This document shows, in pieces, positions 1 through 7,855 of a stretch of 20,000 bases of DNA. Below the pieces are notes generated by a model that saw only the letters and a list, made by a program, of their open reading frames with translations, made no database searches and had not been told where the DNA came from. How positions within the stretch are numbered: position 1 is the first letter of the stretch; every line of letters begins with the position of its first letter. Origin of the DNA: an uncultured virus (IMG/VR IMGVR_UViG_3300027747_004519) (taxonomy: Duplodnaviria > Heunggongvirae > Uroviricota > Caudoviricetes); IMG/VR virus record IMGVR_UViG_3300027747_004519, one strand, 5' to 3'. The position numbers and the translations under genes were made by a program.

Positions 1-2
1 CA

Positions 3-503
3 CATATACCCATCTCTCAGGTAAATTTACCAATTCCCTCCACTGGACAGCTAATCAATTTAATTCCAATAATTGAAAAAGCTTTTAATTATCAAAAAGT
101 ACCAATTCTAATAGGAATTAATAATCTTTGGTATTTTAATTATGATCAAAATGGCAATTTAATTAATGATCAAAATGGCAATCCGATTCCAGCTGGCTCA
201 TTGCGCGGGATAACAGATTTAGCTTTAGCCACGGATTTTCCTTCTAATATCACGTACGCTCAATTGGTTGAGCGCGGAATCCATTATATTGATAATCAAG
301 ACGGTACTATTATTTTATTGCCGGGAACAGCGCTAGACAATCCACGGGCTGCAAGCTCGTTAACTTCTTTGTTTTCTTTTTCGGCCCATTTGCTCCTTGA
401 AAATGAAAAAATTGCATTAGGCTATATTGAGGTAAGCCCTAGGGTAACTGAGCCTAATCAAGGGTTCGATTGGAATTATGATTTAAATTTTACTAATGGC
501 TAA
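3..503 (+). CDS. Hypothetical, probably virion/tail-associated protein, 5'-truncated by the window edge
   Basis: The frame of the 201..503 ORF is open without stops back to position 3 (HIPISQVNLPIP...YDQNGNLINDQNGNP...), so TTG at 201 is probably internal. Its end overlaps the start of the next gene. Confidence 0.6.
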   Translation, partial: HIPISQVNLPIPSTGQLINLIPIIEKAFNYQKVPILIGINNLWYFNYDQNGNLINDQNGNPIPAGSLRGITDLALATDFPSNITYAQLVERGIHYIDNQDGTIILLPGTALDNPRAASSLTSLFSFSAHLLLENEKIALGYIEVSPRVTEPNQGFDWNYDLNFTNG

Positions 504-801
504 CAACTATACTACTCAAGCTGGCTCACCTACTGTTGTCACAGTTTTAGTAAACCCCAGTGGTTTTGCTATAAATCAAGTTCAGCTGATATCCGAATAT
601 GTCGACAATTTCACGCCAACTTCAAGGCAAACTCAATTTACACTAAGGCATATCCCCTTGAGGCCTACAGAAACTCTGCTGTTTGTAAACGGGCAACAGC
701 AGAGTTTTGGAGCTCAATATTATATTAATGGGATCAACTTGATCTGGACTGGAACTTTTACTTTAGAGCCTACCGACTCTTTATCGTTTTACTACAGCTA
801 G
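496..801 (+). CDS. Small virion-type beta-rich protein (hypothetical structural)
   Basis: 101 aa. QFTLRHIP...LFVNGQQQ..GAQYYING..LIW resembles the 'FTL..VFVNG..Q..G.DY.I.G' domain seen in phage tail-associated proteins. Overlaps the upstream gene. Confidence 0.55.
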   Translation: MANNYTTQAGSPTVVTVLVNPSGFAINQVQLISEYVDNFTPTSRQTQFTLRHIPLRPTETLLFVNGQQQSFGAQYYINGINLIWTGTFTLEPTDSLSFYYS

Positions 802-2282
802 CTAGTTGGAGGTGTGAAATTCGCAATATAGATCCCTTTGCGATAAACCCTAAATTGCTCCACAAGTCCGTTAATTTTCCAAACAATGCCAGCATCTCCG
901 TTAGCGCCAATTATAAAAGGCGTTGAATTGCTATTGTACTGTGTAAAGTCAGTGGTTGTCTGTAGCAATGTACCATTTAAAAATAGACGTCTTTGTCCAG
1001 CTAACCGGGATATAGCGTAGTGATACCAAGTATTAAGGGCAATTGTTGTCGTGCCATTAGTACTTAGCGTGTTTGCTTCCCAAAGAGCATTAGAACTAAA
1101 ACTTGCATTTGTTGGGTTGACTGTAGCTAAAAAGCTATATCCGCCCGATTGCCATTTACTAAATAGCGTGTTATTTCCGCTGGCATTAAAAGCGGCAAGC
1201 CTGAACCAAAGGGCTATTGTATAATCTCCAGAGCCAAAATTGAAAATATTATACGCAGATTGTCCGCTTGCTATACTAATATAGCTATTGCCATCAAACG
1301 CGCCAGATTTTGTATTAATATTGCTGACAGTGGAGATAGTTACTCCAGTATTGGTTATTATTGAATCGCTAAGCGCCCAATTATCTAGCGCAGTATTGGT
1401 CAAGGGCAAACTAGCAAAATTAAGTTCAAGTGGATATGCCGGATATAATTCGGATCCACTACTAATCGGAGTCCAAGCCGATAAATTACGGCTATCAGTT
1501 TGATAAAAATAAAGCTTGTTAGCATTTTGGCTAAACCAACTTGTACCTTGAGTTGGATTGCTTGGTGGAGTGCCGCTAAAAATTGTGGCAGAGCCACTGC
1601 TACCACCGCCTGAACTGATTTGCTGTAAGGTATAAGCTGTGCCTTGGGCATTCACTACAGGGACAAATCCGGCTGATGCTAGAGTTGGCAAGGGTAATCC
1701 AGGTTGTAGGGTATAAGCTGTGCCTGCGCTGTTGATTACTGGAGAAAACCCTGCTTGCGCTTGACTAGTTGCTGGCAGTGTTGGTATAGTTTGCCATTTT
1801 AATCCTAGGGTTTGAGTACTATCTGCTTGCAGAAAAGTTCCAGTAGTTCCTATTGGAAGCCTTGACGGTGCGCCGTTAGCTCTGCCGACATAAATATCAC
1901 CAAGGGTAGTTAAGGGATTGGTGCTGCCACCGCTAGCTCCCGTATTAATTGGGCTCCAAGCGCCGCTACGGTAGATGTACCACACTTGCTCATCAATCAC
2001 CATAACCACAAGCCCTTCGTAAGGCTGAAAGTACAAAGGCAAAGAGTTATAATACAAAACTAATTGATTGGCTTTATTAGCCCAATCACCTGTGGATCCC
2101 GTGGCGGGAATTAGATACAGCGATTCGTTCGCAGGTGAGCTAGGTGGCGTGGTAAGAGCCCTAGTGAGCGCGCTACGGGTCAAAACGCTAGTAGCTAGTA
2201 AGGCGTTATTGATTACCTGCTCTTTGAACTCTTGGCTCTTGTCAACTAGCGGGATATTATTATTTAAAATATATTGAGTCAT
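798..2282 (-). CDS. Tail fibre / receptor-binding protein: N-terminal DUF2793-like domain and C-terminal LamG/concanavalin-A-like domain
   Basis: The N-terminus (KEQVINNAL..SVLTR..LTTPPSSPA..LYLIPATGSTGDWA..QPYEG) matches the DUF2793 pattern. The C-terminus (FDGNSYI..DYTIALWF..WYHYAISR..LFLNG..FIIG..ING.VEQFRVY) is a Laminin_G_3 signature. G/S/T-rich linkers lie between. Confidence 0.8.
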   Translation of the reverse strand: MTQYILNNNIPLVDKSQEFKEQVINNALLATSVLTRSALTRALTTPPSSPANESLYLIPATGSTGDWANKANQLVLYYNSLPLYFQPYEGLVVMVIDEQVWYIYRSGAWSPINTGASGGSTNPLTTLGDIYVGRANGAPSRLPIGTTGTFLQADSTQTLGLKWQTIPTLPATSQAQAGFSPVINSAGTAYTLQPGLPLPTLASAGFVPVVNAQGTAYTLQQISSGGGSSGSATIFSGTPPSNPTQGTSWFSQNANKLYFYQTDSRNLSAWTPISSGSELYPAYPLELNFASLPLTNTALDNWALSDSIITNTGVTISTVSNINTKSGAFDGNSYISIASGQSAYNIFNFGSGDYTIALWFRLAAFNASGNNTLFSKWQSGGYSFLATVNPTNASFSSNALWEANTLSTNGTTTIALNTWYHYAISRLAGQRRLFLNGTLLQTTTDFTQYNSNSTPFIIGANGDAGIVWKINGLVEQFRVYRKGIYIANFTPPTS

Positions 2283-2325
2283 ACTTGGCTTGTATTGATT
2301 GTTACTTGTTTGATTTTAGCAACAA

Positions 2326-3036
2326 TCAAAAAACCGGTTTGGCTCTATATTTCCTAAAGGGTAAAAGCAGATAATCTGGCACTTTATAAGCAGATGCTTC
2401 AGAGCTATTAAAGCTTACAGTGAGATCGTCAAATGGACCTTGGATGCTTGATACTCCAGAATATTGCTTGCTTTGTAAATACTTACCAATTTCACAAGCT
2501 GCTATTTTTAAATTTGTTATTTCTGGTGTGGGTTTAGTAAAGTTTAAGCCTGCCCAATATTGACACCTAATTTCTGTGGCGACCGGACGAATACTTTGAC
2601 TGAACTCTGGGTAATTGTAAAAATAAGTTTGAGTTAAAAATAAAGAAAGCAATCCATTTGTGTCAATTTGCACCATATTATTATCCAAGGTGCGCCAATC
2701 TTGCACTGGCACGCCTCGCCCATAATAATTAAGCATATTGCCTATCCTGACCTGAAAATGAGCCTTATATAGATCGTTGCCCGTAAAACTGATCCGAGAA
2801 GTTGGATCTACTGAAGAATTGAATACTAAAGGTCTAAAACTTAAAAAAGTATTTTGTACTTTAACTGCAAGAGATTTGATTTCTGTATATTGCGTAATAC
2901 CTAAAACTCTATTGGCGCCGGATGGAGATTCAATAGTATAGTTAATCAGATTCACTAAAGAGCCTAGCTGAGCCCCGTCAAGAGAGCTCCAGCTAGGTAC
3001 AAAAGTTAGGGCATCGTTTATGCTCAGCAGCCCCAC
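2326..3036 (-). CDS. Putative head-tail connector/adaptor protein
   Basis: 236 aa, downstream of the capsid gene. The C-terminal pattern Y.AG...P...LKIAACEI...VPDYLLLPFRKY resembles HK97 gp6/SPP1 gp15-like adaptors. Confidence 0.6.
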   Translation of the reverse strand: MGLLSINDALTFVPSWSSLDGAQLGSLVNLINYTIESPSGANRVLGITQYTEIKSLAVKVQNTFLSFRPLVFNSSVDPTSRISFTGNDLYKAHFQVRIGNMLNYYGRGVPVQDWRTLDNNMVQIDTNGLLSLFLTQTYFYNYPEFSQSIRPVATEIRCQYWAGLNFTKPTPEITNLKIAACEIGKYLQSKQYSGVSSIQGPFDDLTVSFNSSEASAYKVPDYLLLPFRKYRAKPVF

Positions 3037-3040
3037 AATT

Positions 3041-3325
3041 TTACTCCTTAATAAACTGACAATCTGGCAGCTCGTTAGGACAAACTAACTGTCCATAGCC
3101 ATCACTGTTCTTTTTGGATCCACATTGGGCGCAAACTTTAAGCCCGTTTCCGATCCACAGCAAATAGTCTGCAGAATTGCGAAAATTGACAAAGTCTGAA
3201 CCTACCCTCTTGGCTTTACTAATTTTACCTGGGGAATTAATCTGCTCGGTTACTATTTCGGGAGCAGAGGGCTGCTTGAGCCCATCTGCTTTAGTAGTAC
3301 CGTTTTCGTTGGGTACTGCTGGCAT
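3041..3325 (-). CDS. Small hypothetical protein with possible Zn-ribbon (CAQC...CPNELPDC)
   Basis: 94 aa, tightly packed between capsid and adaptor genes on the same strand, four Cys. Confidence 0.65.
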   Translation of the reverse strand: MPAVPNENGTTKADGLKQPSAPEIVTEQINSPGKISKAKRVGSDFVNFRNSADYLLWIGNGLKVCAQCGSKKNSDGYGQLVCPNELPDCQFIKE

Positions 3326-3336
3326 TTTATTTATCC

Positions 3337-5178
3337 TTAAGCCAGAGTATCAGTAGTGCGAATTTGGAATACTCGCAACTGTTGAGGAACCGTTGAACTA
3401 TCAGAATAGCCAGTGGGATCCACATCGAGAGCTGCAAAACCCTCCTCAGATCTCCAGATGAACGAGTTAATACGATTATAGTTGGTAACTTCGTTTTTAC
3501 GAATTTCAAAAGGAGTACCAACACCGCGTCCAACCGCAGCATTACCAAAGGCGTAGCTAGTGCGAGTAAGCACGTTTGAAGTTGCACCGATAGTCTCGGT
3601 TTGCACACCTTCTGTACCAGCTATACCAACACTAAACGCGTTGGATTGGAAAATGTGGAAGTTGTAGTAAGTACCGATGTAGCCAGGGACTCTAGATCCG
3701 TTTACAGGTTGAACAACTCCGGGGTTTAGGATTGAAGTCATTCCCTCAATTTCATCTTTTGAAGCAATTCTGTAAAGTCCGGCTAAGCTATTTAGGAATT
3801 GAGCGGCAGCAGTAGGATGCAGCACCAACGCGTAACAACCGTCAGCAAAAGATTCGACTTGGCGACCCAACATGTAAGCGTAAAGTTGAATCAGGAATTC
3901 TTTGCTAAGTACTCCAGATGGGTTTGCTGTGGTACTTACAGCAACGCTAGAGCCTGCGGTCGCAACGTTACTGTTATTGTTGTAAAGTTTGACGCTTGTA
4001 CCAGCATAAAGAGATCTTATTTTGAGATCTTCAAAATAAGCGTAACTTTGTCCTAAGTTGCGTTCCAAAAGATTCATCAAATCAAGCATGGAGTACGCTA
4101 GAACAAAGCTAGGCAAAGAAACTGGCTGGTTAACAGTACTTGGTTTACCTAATCCGTATTCTTTAAGAGTGATAGGTACTGTACCTGAGCTGATTTGTTG
4201 CAATGTGTTGTCCAGTGTGACAAAACTACCACTGCCGCTCAATTCCCAATCCGCTGGGTTAGAGGAAGCGGCTGAATAAGCAACTCGAGGAACCAGTACG
4301 TTAGATCCTTCGCCCTTGAGGTAATTAAATTCAGTTTGGGCGAATTGCCAAAACACAAAACGAGCTCTATGAGTAGTTCGGATGATAGAACTTAGTGAAT
4401 CAAGAAAAGCGCCAGAAATATCGCTTGCTTGAGTACTTGCTTGCTTTACGATTTCAGGGCTTGGGTTTAATCCTTGAAGCAGTCCGTTTTTCTTAGCAAA
4501 AGCTTCAAGGTCTTTGATAAGCGAGTCTCTGTTTTCAGCCGCAAACTTATCAGCTTCACGAAAATCGTTCATCATATAGGCGTTGCCTAGTGAAGAGCGC
4601 TTGAGTACTGCAACAGATTTTTGTTTAATCGCTTCAAATTCGGCAAAGGCGCCAACCATGCGATCAGAAGTAGTAGATGTCAAAACGTTCAAAGCGGGAG
4701 TCTTAGCTTGTACCACTGGATTTGGGTTACCGTGTAGTTTGAATACTTCAGCCATACGCTTTTCAGCGATTTTGGCATCTTTGAGCTTTGTATTGGTTTG
4801 TTTAAGTTCTGATTGAATACTTTCGATCTGTTCGCTGGTTTTGGCGGTCAAAGCTTCAAGGGTTGCCTTGTAGCTTTCGAGCTCTTGCTGGTGAGCCAAG
4901 TCTCGCTCTTGTAGGGTTTTTTCAATTTCTAATTCTTTGGCTTTGAGCTCAACTGCTAGCTTTTCTCCTTGGATTGCTGTGGCAGCATCGATAGCCTGCT
5001 TGATAAGGTCAGCGTTGCTAATTGCAGAAGCAGATGGGATAACTTCTTCTTGTTGCTGCTTAACTGCTTTTACGCTGTTGATCGAATTGGCTAAATCGTT
5101 TGTATTAACAATTTGTACCTGGTCGTTAGGGAAATTTAAATTTTCCTTAACTTCCGTGCGCACGGAACGTCTAGGCAT
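3337..5178 (-). CDS. Major capsid protein (HK97-fold) with fused N-terminal coiled-coil scaffold region
   Basis: 613 aa. The E/K/Q-rich coiled-coil N-terminus is followed by a capsid-like body (GSNVLVPR, VPITLKEYG, YALVLHPTAAAQF, GYIGTYYNFHIFQSN). GGAG RBS upstream; lies in head-gene context. Confidence 0.85.
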   Translation of the reverse strand: MPRRSVRTEVKENLNFPNDQVQIVNTNDLANSINSVKAVKQQQEEVIPSASAISNADLIKQAIDAATAIQGEKLAVELKAKELEIEKTLQERDLAHQQELESYKATLEALTAKTSEQIESIQSELKQTNTKLKDAKIAEKRMAEVFKLHGNPNPVVQAKTPALNVLTSTTSDRMVGAFAEFEAIKQKSVAVLKRSSLGNAYMMNDFREADKFAAENRDSLIKDLEAFAKKNGLLQGLNPSPEIVKQASTQASDISGAFLDSLSSIIRTTHRARFVFWQFAQTEFNYLKGEGSNVLVPRVAYSAASSNPADWELSGSGSFVTLDNTLQQISSGTVPITLKEYGLGKPSTVNQPVSLPSFVLAYSMLDLMNLLERNLGQSYAYFEDLKIRSLYAGTSVKLYNNNSNVATAGSSVAVSTTANPSGVLSKEFLIQLYAYMLGRQVESFADGCYALVLHPTAAAQFLNSLAGLYRIASKDEIEGMTSILNPGVVQPVNGSRVPGYIGTYYNFHIFQSNAFSVGIAGTEGVQTETIGATSNVLTRTSYAFGNAAVGRGVGTPFEIRKNEVTNYNRINSFIWRSEEGFAALDVDPTGYSDSSTVPQQLRVFQIRTTDTLA

Positions 5179-5333
5179 TATATATACTCCAGTTGATATA
5201 TTATTACTAATTACATTTATACCATAAATACGTATTAGCTGTATTTAACGTACCTAAGCATATAGTTACTAATAGCAACTAGAGCTATTGCCTAGCAATC
5301 TTTTACAAAAGCCAGTAGTTTTGCCGGCAACAG

Positions 5334-5360
5334 AAAAACCCCTAGAGCGCACTTTAGGGG
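5334..5360 (-). terminator. Putative intrinsic terminator upstream of the capsid gene
   Basis: Minus strand reads CCCCTAAAG-TGCG-CTCTAGGGG followed by TTTTT. Confidence 0.5.
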
Positions 5361-5407
5361 TAGAATTATTATTAAATTAGAAATACTGCAACAAGAACAA
5401 CTAAACC

Positions 5408-5869
5408 ATGTCGATTGAACTATTCAAAGCTGACCTTGACGATTTGATATTAATAGCTCACCTAGTAACCCATCCAACCAAAGCGCTCAATCGTAGAGAG
5501 CAGCTACTTACTAGGATTCTGTGGCAGGCTGACAGCAGGCAGATAGAGGGTAGATTTTTGCAAAACCTTGGCTCAATTAACAGGTTGCAGGCAGAATTGG
5601 TCAAAGCCCATGGCGCTCTGGTATACGTCAAGAGCGATCATAGCCAGCGCTTTTGCCAGAGAATGTACTCGATAGATACAAGCAGTTGGGATAATCGTTT
5701 TGCCGGCAACGGATTCCACCAAGATTTAAAACGAGAATACCGCAGGCAGATTGACGCGGCGCTGGCACAATTTAACAAAGATCTCTTGGAGTTACTACAG
5801 CAGGAAATATCCAAGCATTACCCGTACATCTGGGGGTACATTGAATCTTCTGCGTATTTCTCCAGATAG
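5408..5869 (+). CDS. Hypothetical protein
   Basis: 153-aa ATG ORF filling the gap, TAGAAT -10-like hexamer upstream (5361), ends right at a terminator hairpin. No family recognised. Confidence 0.65.
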   Translation: MSIELFKADLDDLILIAHLVTHPTKALNRREQLLTRILWQADSRQIEGRFLQNLGSINRLQAELVKAHGALVYVKSDHSQRFCQRMYSIDTSSWDNRFAGNGFHQDLKREYRRQIDAALAQFNKDLLELLQQEISKHYPYIWGYIESSAYFSR

Positions 5870-5871
5870 GC

Positions 5872-5895
5872 AAAAAAAATCCCCCTTTCGGGGGA
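5872..5895 (-). terminator. Intrinsic terminator of the 54-aa gene
   Basis: Minus strand TCCCCC-GAAA-GGGGGA followed by a T run. Confidence 0.85.
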
Positions 5896-5904
5896 GTCTG
5901 TGGA

Positions 5905-6069
5905 CTACAGCCAGGGCCACCAACCTCTGGCTTTGAGCTCCCTGATGGAAGCTTGTGCGCTACCCAAGTCGGGAGCTTGTGGCTCGGGCTCGCCTTTAAG
6001 ACGACGGGCAGTGCGGGCTACTTGTTCTTGCTGAACGAGGTCTAGGATTTCTTCAGGTGCGGTAAACAT
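5905..6069 (-). CDS. 54-aa small protein not in the ORF track (MFTAPEEILDLVQQEQVARTARRLKGEPEPQAPDLGSAQASIRELKARGWWPWL)
   Basis: ATG preceded by an AAGGAGA RBS, own promoter and terminator. The paralogue at 18222..18383 differs mostly by synonymous third-position changes. Confidence 0.85.
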   Translation of the reverse strand: MFTAPEEILDLVQQEQVARTARRLKGEPEPQAPDLGSAQASIRELKARGWWPWL

Positions 6070-6101
6070 GAGCGGTATCTCCTTATCGGGCTTATATATA
6101 T

Positions 6102-6130
6102 ATAATATGCGATATACCCTAGAAAATCAA
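6102..6130 (-). promoter_or_regulatory. Sigma70-type promoter for the 54-aa gene
   Basis: TTGATT-17 bp-TATTAT, preceded by ACCTA. Member of a six-copy promoter family. Confidence 0.75.
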
Positions 6131-6415
6131 TAGGTATTTATACCTAATTTTAGGTATTTTCTTATAAACTTTCTTATATATTCCTAGATATTTTAAGATT
6201 TTACTTATGTATAGCGATAATTGTATTGATAAACGTACGAATACCCGAAAAATACATAAGATATTCTGTCGATTTTGCTAAAACTCATCAGGATTTTGTA
6301 TATCTGTTGCTATGTATCAATACAGTCATTACAATATATAAGCAAAATCTTAAAATATTTGAAAATACATAAGATATCCTATAAAAAAATATTCAAAATT
6401 AGGTATAAATACCTA

Positions 6416-6444
6416 TTGATTTCCTAGGGTATATCGCATATTAT
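6416..6444 (+). promoter_or_regulatory. Sigma70-type promoter for the ParB-N-like gene
   Basis: TTGATT-17 bp-TATTAT. A leader hairpin follows (GGCG..GAGG-AAATG-CCTC..CGCC, ~6450-6474). Confidence 0.75.
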
Positions 6445-6506
6445 ATATAGGCGAAAGAGGAAATGCCTCACGCCACCCGTACCTTAACAATTTATAGGAA
6501 ACCATC

Positions 6507-6809
6507 ATGCGTTATACTACCGCCGACGTTAAAGACCTTTTTTCCGTTGTTCCCGCTAGCGAGTTTAACAAAACCGATATCGAGGAATTAGCCCAGAGTA
6601 TCCTGCAAACCGGTGGCTGTCTAGCCCGACCCATCATCCTCAAGCAGATTCACCTAGAATCCCTTGAAGTGGTTGCAGGGCACCTCAGCTACCACGCAGC
6701 AGTCAAAGCCCGCGAGTTGGATCCTAGAAAGTGCGAGATGATCAACGCCTTCGTGGTGTCCGAAGATCAAATCGAGACTATCAAGTCTCAGCTTGCCATC
6801 TACAACTAA
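6507..6809 (+). CDS. Stand-alone ParB/Srx N-terminal-like domain protein (cyanobacterial type)
   Basis: IEELAQSILQTGG..PIILKQ..LEVVAGH..YHAAVKARE.DPRK.EMINAFVV closely resembles ParB-N-like proteins of cyanobacteria. It lacks the GxRR arginine patch and any HTH. AGGA RBS. Confidence 0.75.
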   Translation: MRYTTADVKDLFSVVPASEFNKTDIEELAQSILQTGGCLARPIILKQIHLESLEVVAGHLSYHAAVKARELDPRKCEMINAFVVSEDQIETIKSQLAIYN

Positions 6810-6815
6810 ATACCT

Positions 6816-6844
6816 TAAAACCCCTCCACTAACGAGGGGTTTTA
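6816..6844 (+). terminator. Intrinsic terminator (possibly bidirectional) after the ParB-N-like gene
   Basis: TAAAACCCCTC-CACTAAC-GAGGGGTTTTA. Confidence 0.7.
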
Positions 6845-6867
6845 TAATACCTACAAGGAGAAATTAC

Positions 6868-7206
6868 ATGGGATTATCACAATCAGAAGAACTGCAAATT
6901 GCAGCAGCATCCGAGCTTATCAATCAAGGAATTGCGCTCATCGTGCCAGAAAAAGCAATATACCAGGCTACCTACAAGGCTATATGCTATTGGTCAGTAC
7001 TGGATGAAAACTTTATTACCAGCGCTGAAATTGCCAAGCGCACTGAGCAAGCCAGGGGGTTAGCGACCTTGCCCGGTCAGATTTCGCACATCCATATCTA
7101 CTTGAGGATACTCCAAGCCAATGGGGTATCTATCAAGTGTGAAGAAAAGCAAGTGCGAGGCAAGCCAAAGTTATGGGCTAGCTCAGGCACATCTTCTGGG
7201 CAATAG
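6868..7206 (+). CDS. Putative winged-helix DNA-binding protein, 112 aa, paralogue of 17519..18181
   Basis: Start reassigned to ATG 6868 (AAGGAG RBS); the track's TTG start would read through the terminator. ITSAEIAKR..HIYLRILQANGVSI..LW suggests HTH plus wing. Confidence 0.65.
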   Translation: MGLSQSEELQIAAASELINQGIALIVPEKAIYQATYKAICYWSVLDENFITSAEIAKRTEQARGLATLPGQISHIHIYLRILQANGVSIKCEEKQVRGKPKLWASSGTSSGQ

Positions 7207-7855
7207 AGCTATTGAGCACTCTGGCACTGGGACAATTGCCAGCCATTACCAAAGAGAGCTCCGCAGTATCAATGTAGCCTCCACGAATCCAGTAGGGGGC
7301 TATATTTTCAGCTTTTACATTGCCGTGGATCTTGCCCACTGGCAAATAGTGCGGACAATCGTCATCCTCAAAGCTTGTATTGCAAATTGGACAGTAAGTT
7401 TGTTTATCGCTAAAGCCACCGATAGAAGCGTTAATTTTTCGGTTGTATTGCAGATCGTTAGTAATCGGGTGAGAGGTTTCCGTGACAACGTGGCACAGCA
7501 ACTGATACAGTCCCTCTTGTTCTAGAATCTTGCTATCAATCTCGGGTCTAGGTGAGCGAGAAAGCATATACTCTTTAAGCTCAGGCGAGGGATTGGCATA
7601 ATGCAATAGTGTTGCATCGTACACAAAACCGCACTGCTTGAGAACATCTTCCCAATCGTGATCTAACATTAGTGGCTTGCCAGGGTAAGTGCGGGCCATC
7701 TGCTTAATGCTTGGCAAATCCCACCGAAACAAATCACAATGCAACAGATTATTACTAGCCAGGATATGAAAAGTACTAATGTCAGAATCGCTATATTCTG
7801 GGTGTCCATGCGGACGAAAACTATTAATTTTATTTAAAGTATCTGGATTTATCAT
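7178..7855 (-). CDS. Prohead (capsid maturation) protease with a Cys-rich insert
   Basis: GKPLMLDHD (His), NASIGG (Ser) and AELSLV motifs typical of HK97/herpes-clan phage proteases, with a CPIC...CPH insertion. Follows the portal and minor head genes. Confidence 0.75.
   Translation of the reverse strand: MINPDTLNKINSFRPHGHPEYSDSDISTFHILASNNLLHCDLFRWDLPSIKQMARTYPGKPLMLDHDWEDVLKQCGFVYDATLLHYANPSPELKEYMLSRSPRPEIDSKILEQEGLYQLLCHVVTETSHPITNDLQYNRKINASIGGFSDKQTYCPICNTSFEDDDCPHYLPVGKIHGNVKAENIAPYWIRGGYIDTAELSLVMAGNCPSARVLNSSIAQKMCLS

Larger units (their letters stand above)
5871..6303. repeat. ~430-bp dispersed direct repeat, copy A (copy B at 18189..18615)
   Basis: Colinear similarity covering the terminator, the small ORF, its RBS, the promoter and an AT-rich upstream region ending in ATAAGATATTCTGTC...ATCAGGA. 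Confidence 0.92.
6097..6449. repeat. 135-bp imperfect inverted repeat (arms 6097..6231 and 6315..6449, 83-bp spacer)
   Basis: The reverse complement of the right arm aligns to the left arm without gaps. The outer 55 bp have one mismatch. Confidence 0.92.

Noticed and set aside
798..2282. Diversity-generating retroelement targeting the tail fibre
   Set aside because: No reverse transcriptase and no TR/VR pair with adenine-specific mismatches in the window. The differences between the 430-bp repeats are not A-specific.
3327..5227. Antisense or alternate-frame ORFs over capsid, fibre, portal, lysin and kinase genes (e.g. 3799..4056, 4937..5227, 7121..7525, 13775..14122)
   Set aside because: Shadow ORFs of well-supported genes, with no RBS or recognisable motifs.
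5318..5710. Repeated GTTTTGCCGGCAAC (5318, 5697; core also at 19679) as a target-site duplication or operator
   Set aside because: The second and third copies lie inside ORFs and do not bound any element. This could be chance or host palindrome bias.
6252..6300. Hammerhead ribozyme (CUGAUGA on the minus strand here and at ~18.7 kb)
   Set aside because: The following core reads GACA rather than GAAA, stem I cannot form, and two other units have CUGAUAA.
6793..6867. N-terminal extension of ORF 6793..7206
   Set aside because: It would start at TTG inside the previous gene and translate the terminator hairpin. ATG 6868 has a clear AAGGAG RBS.
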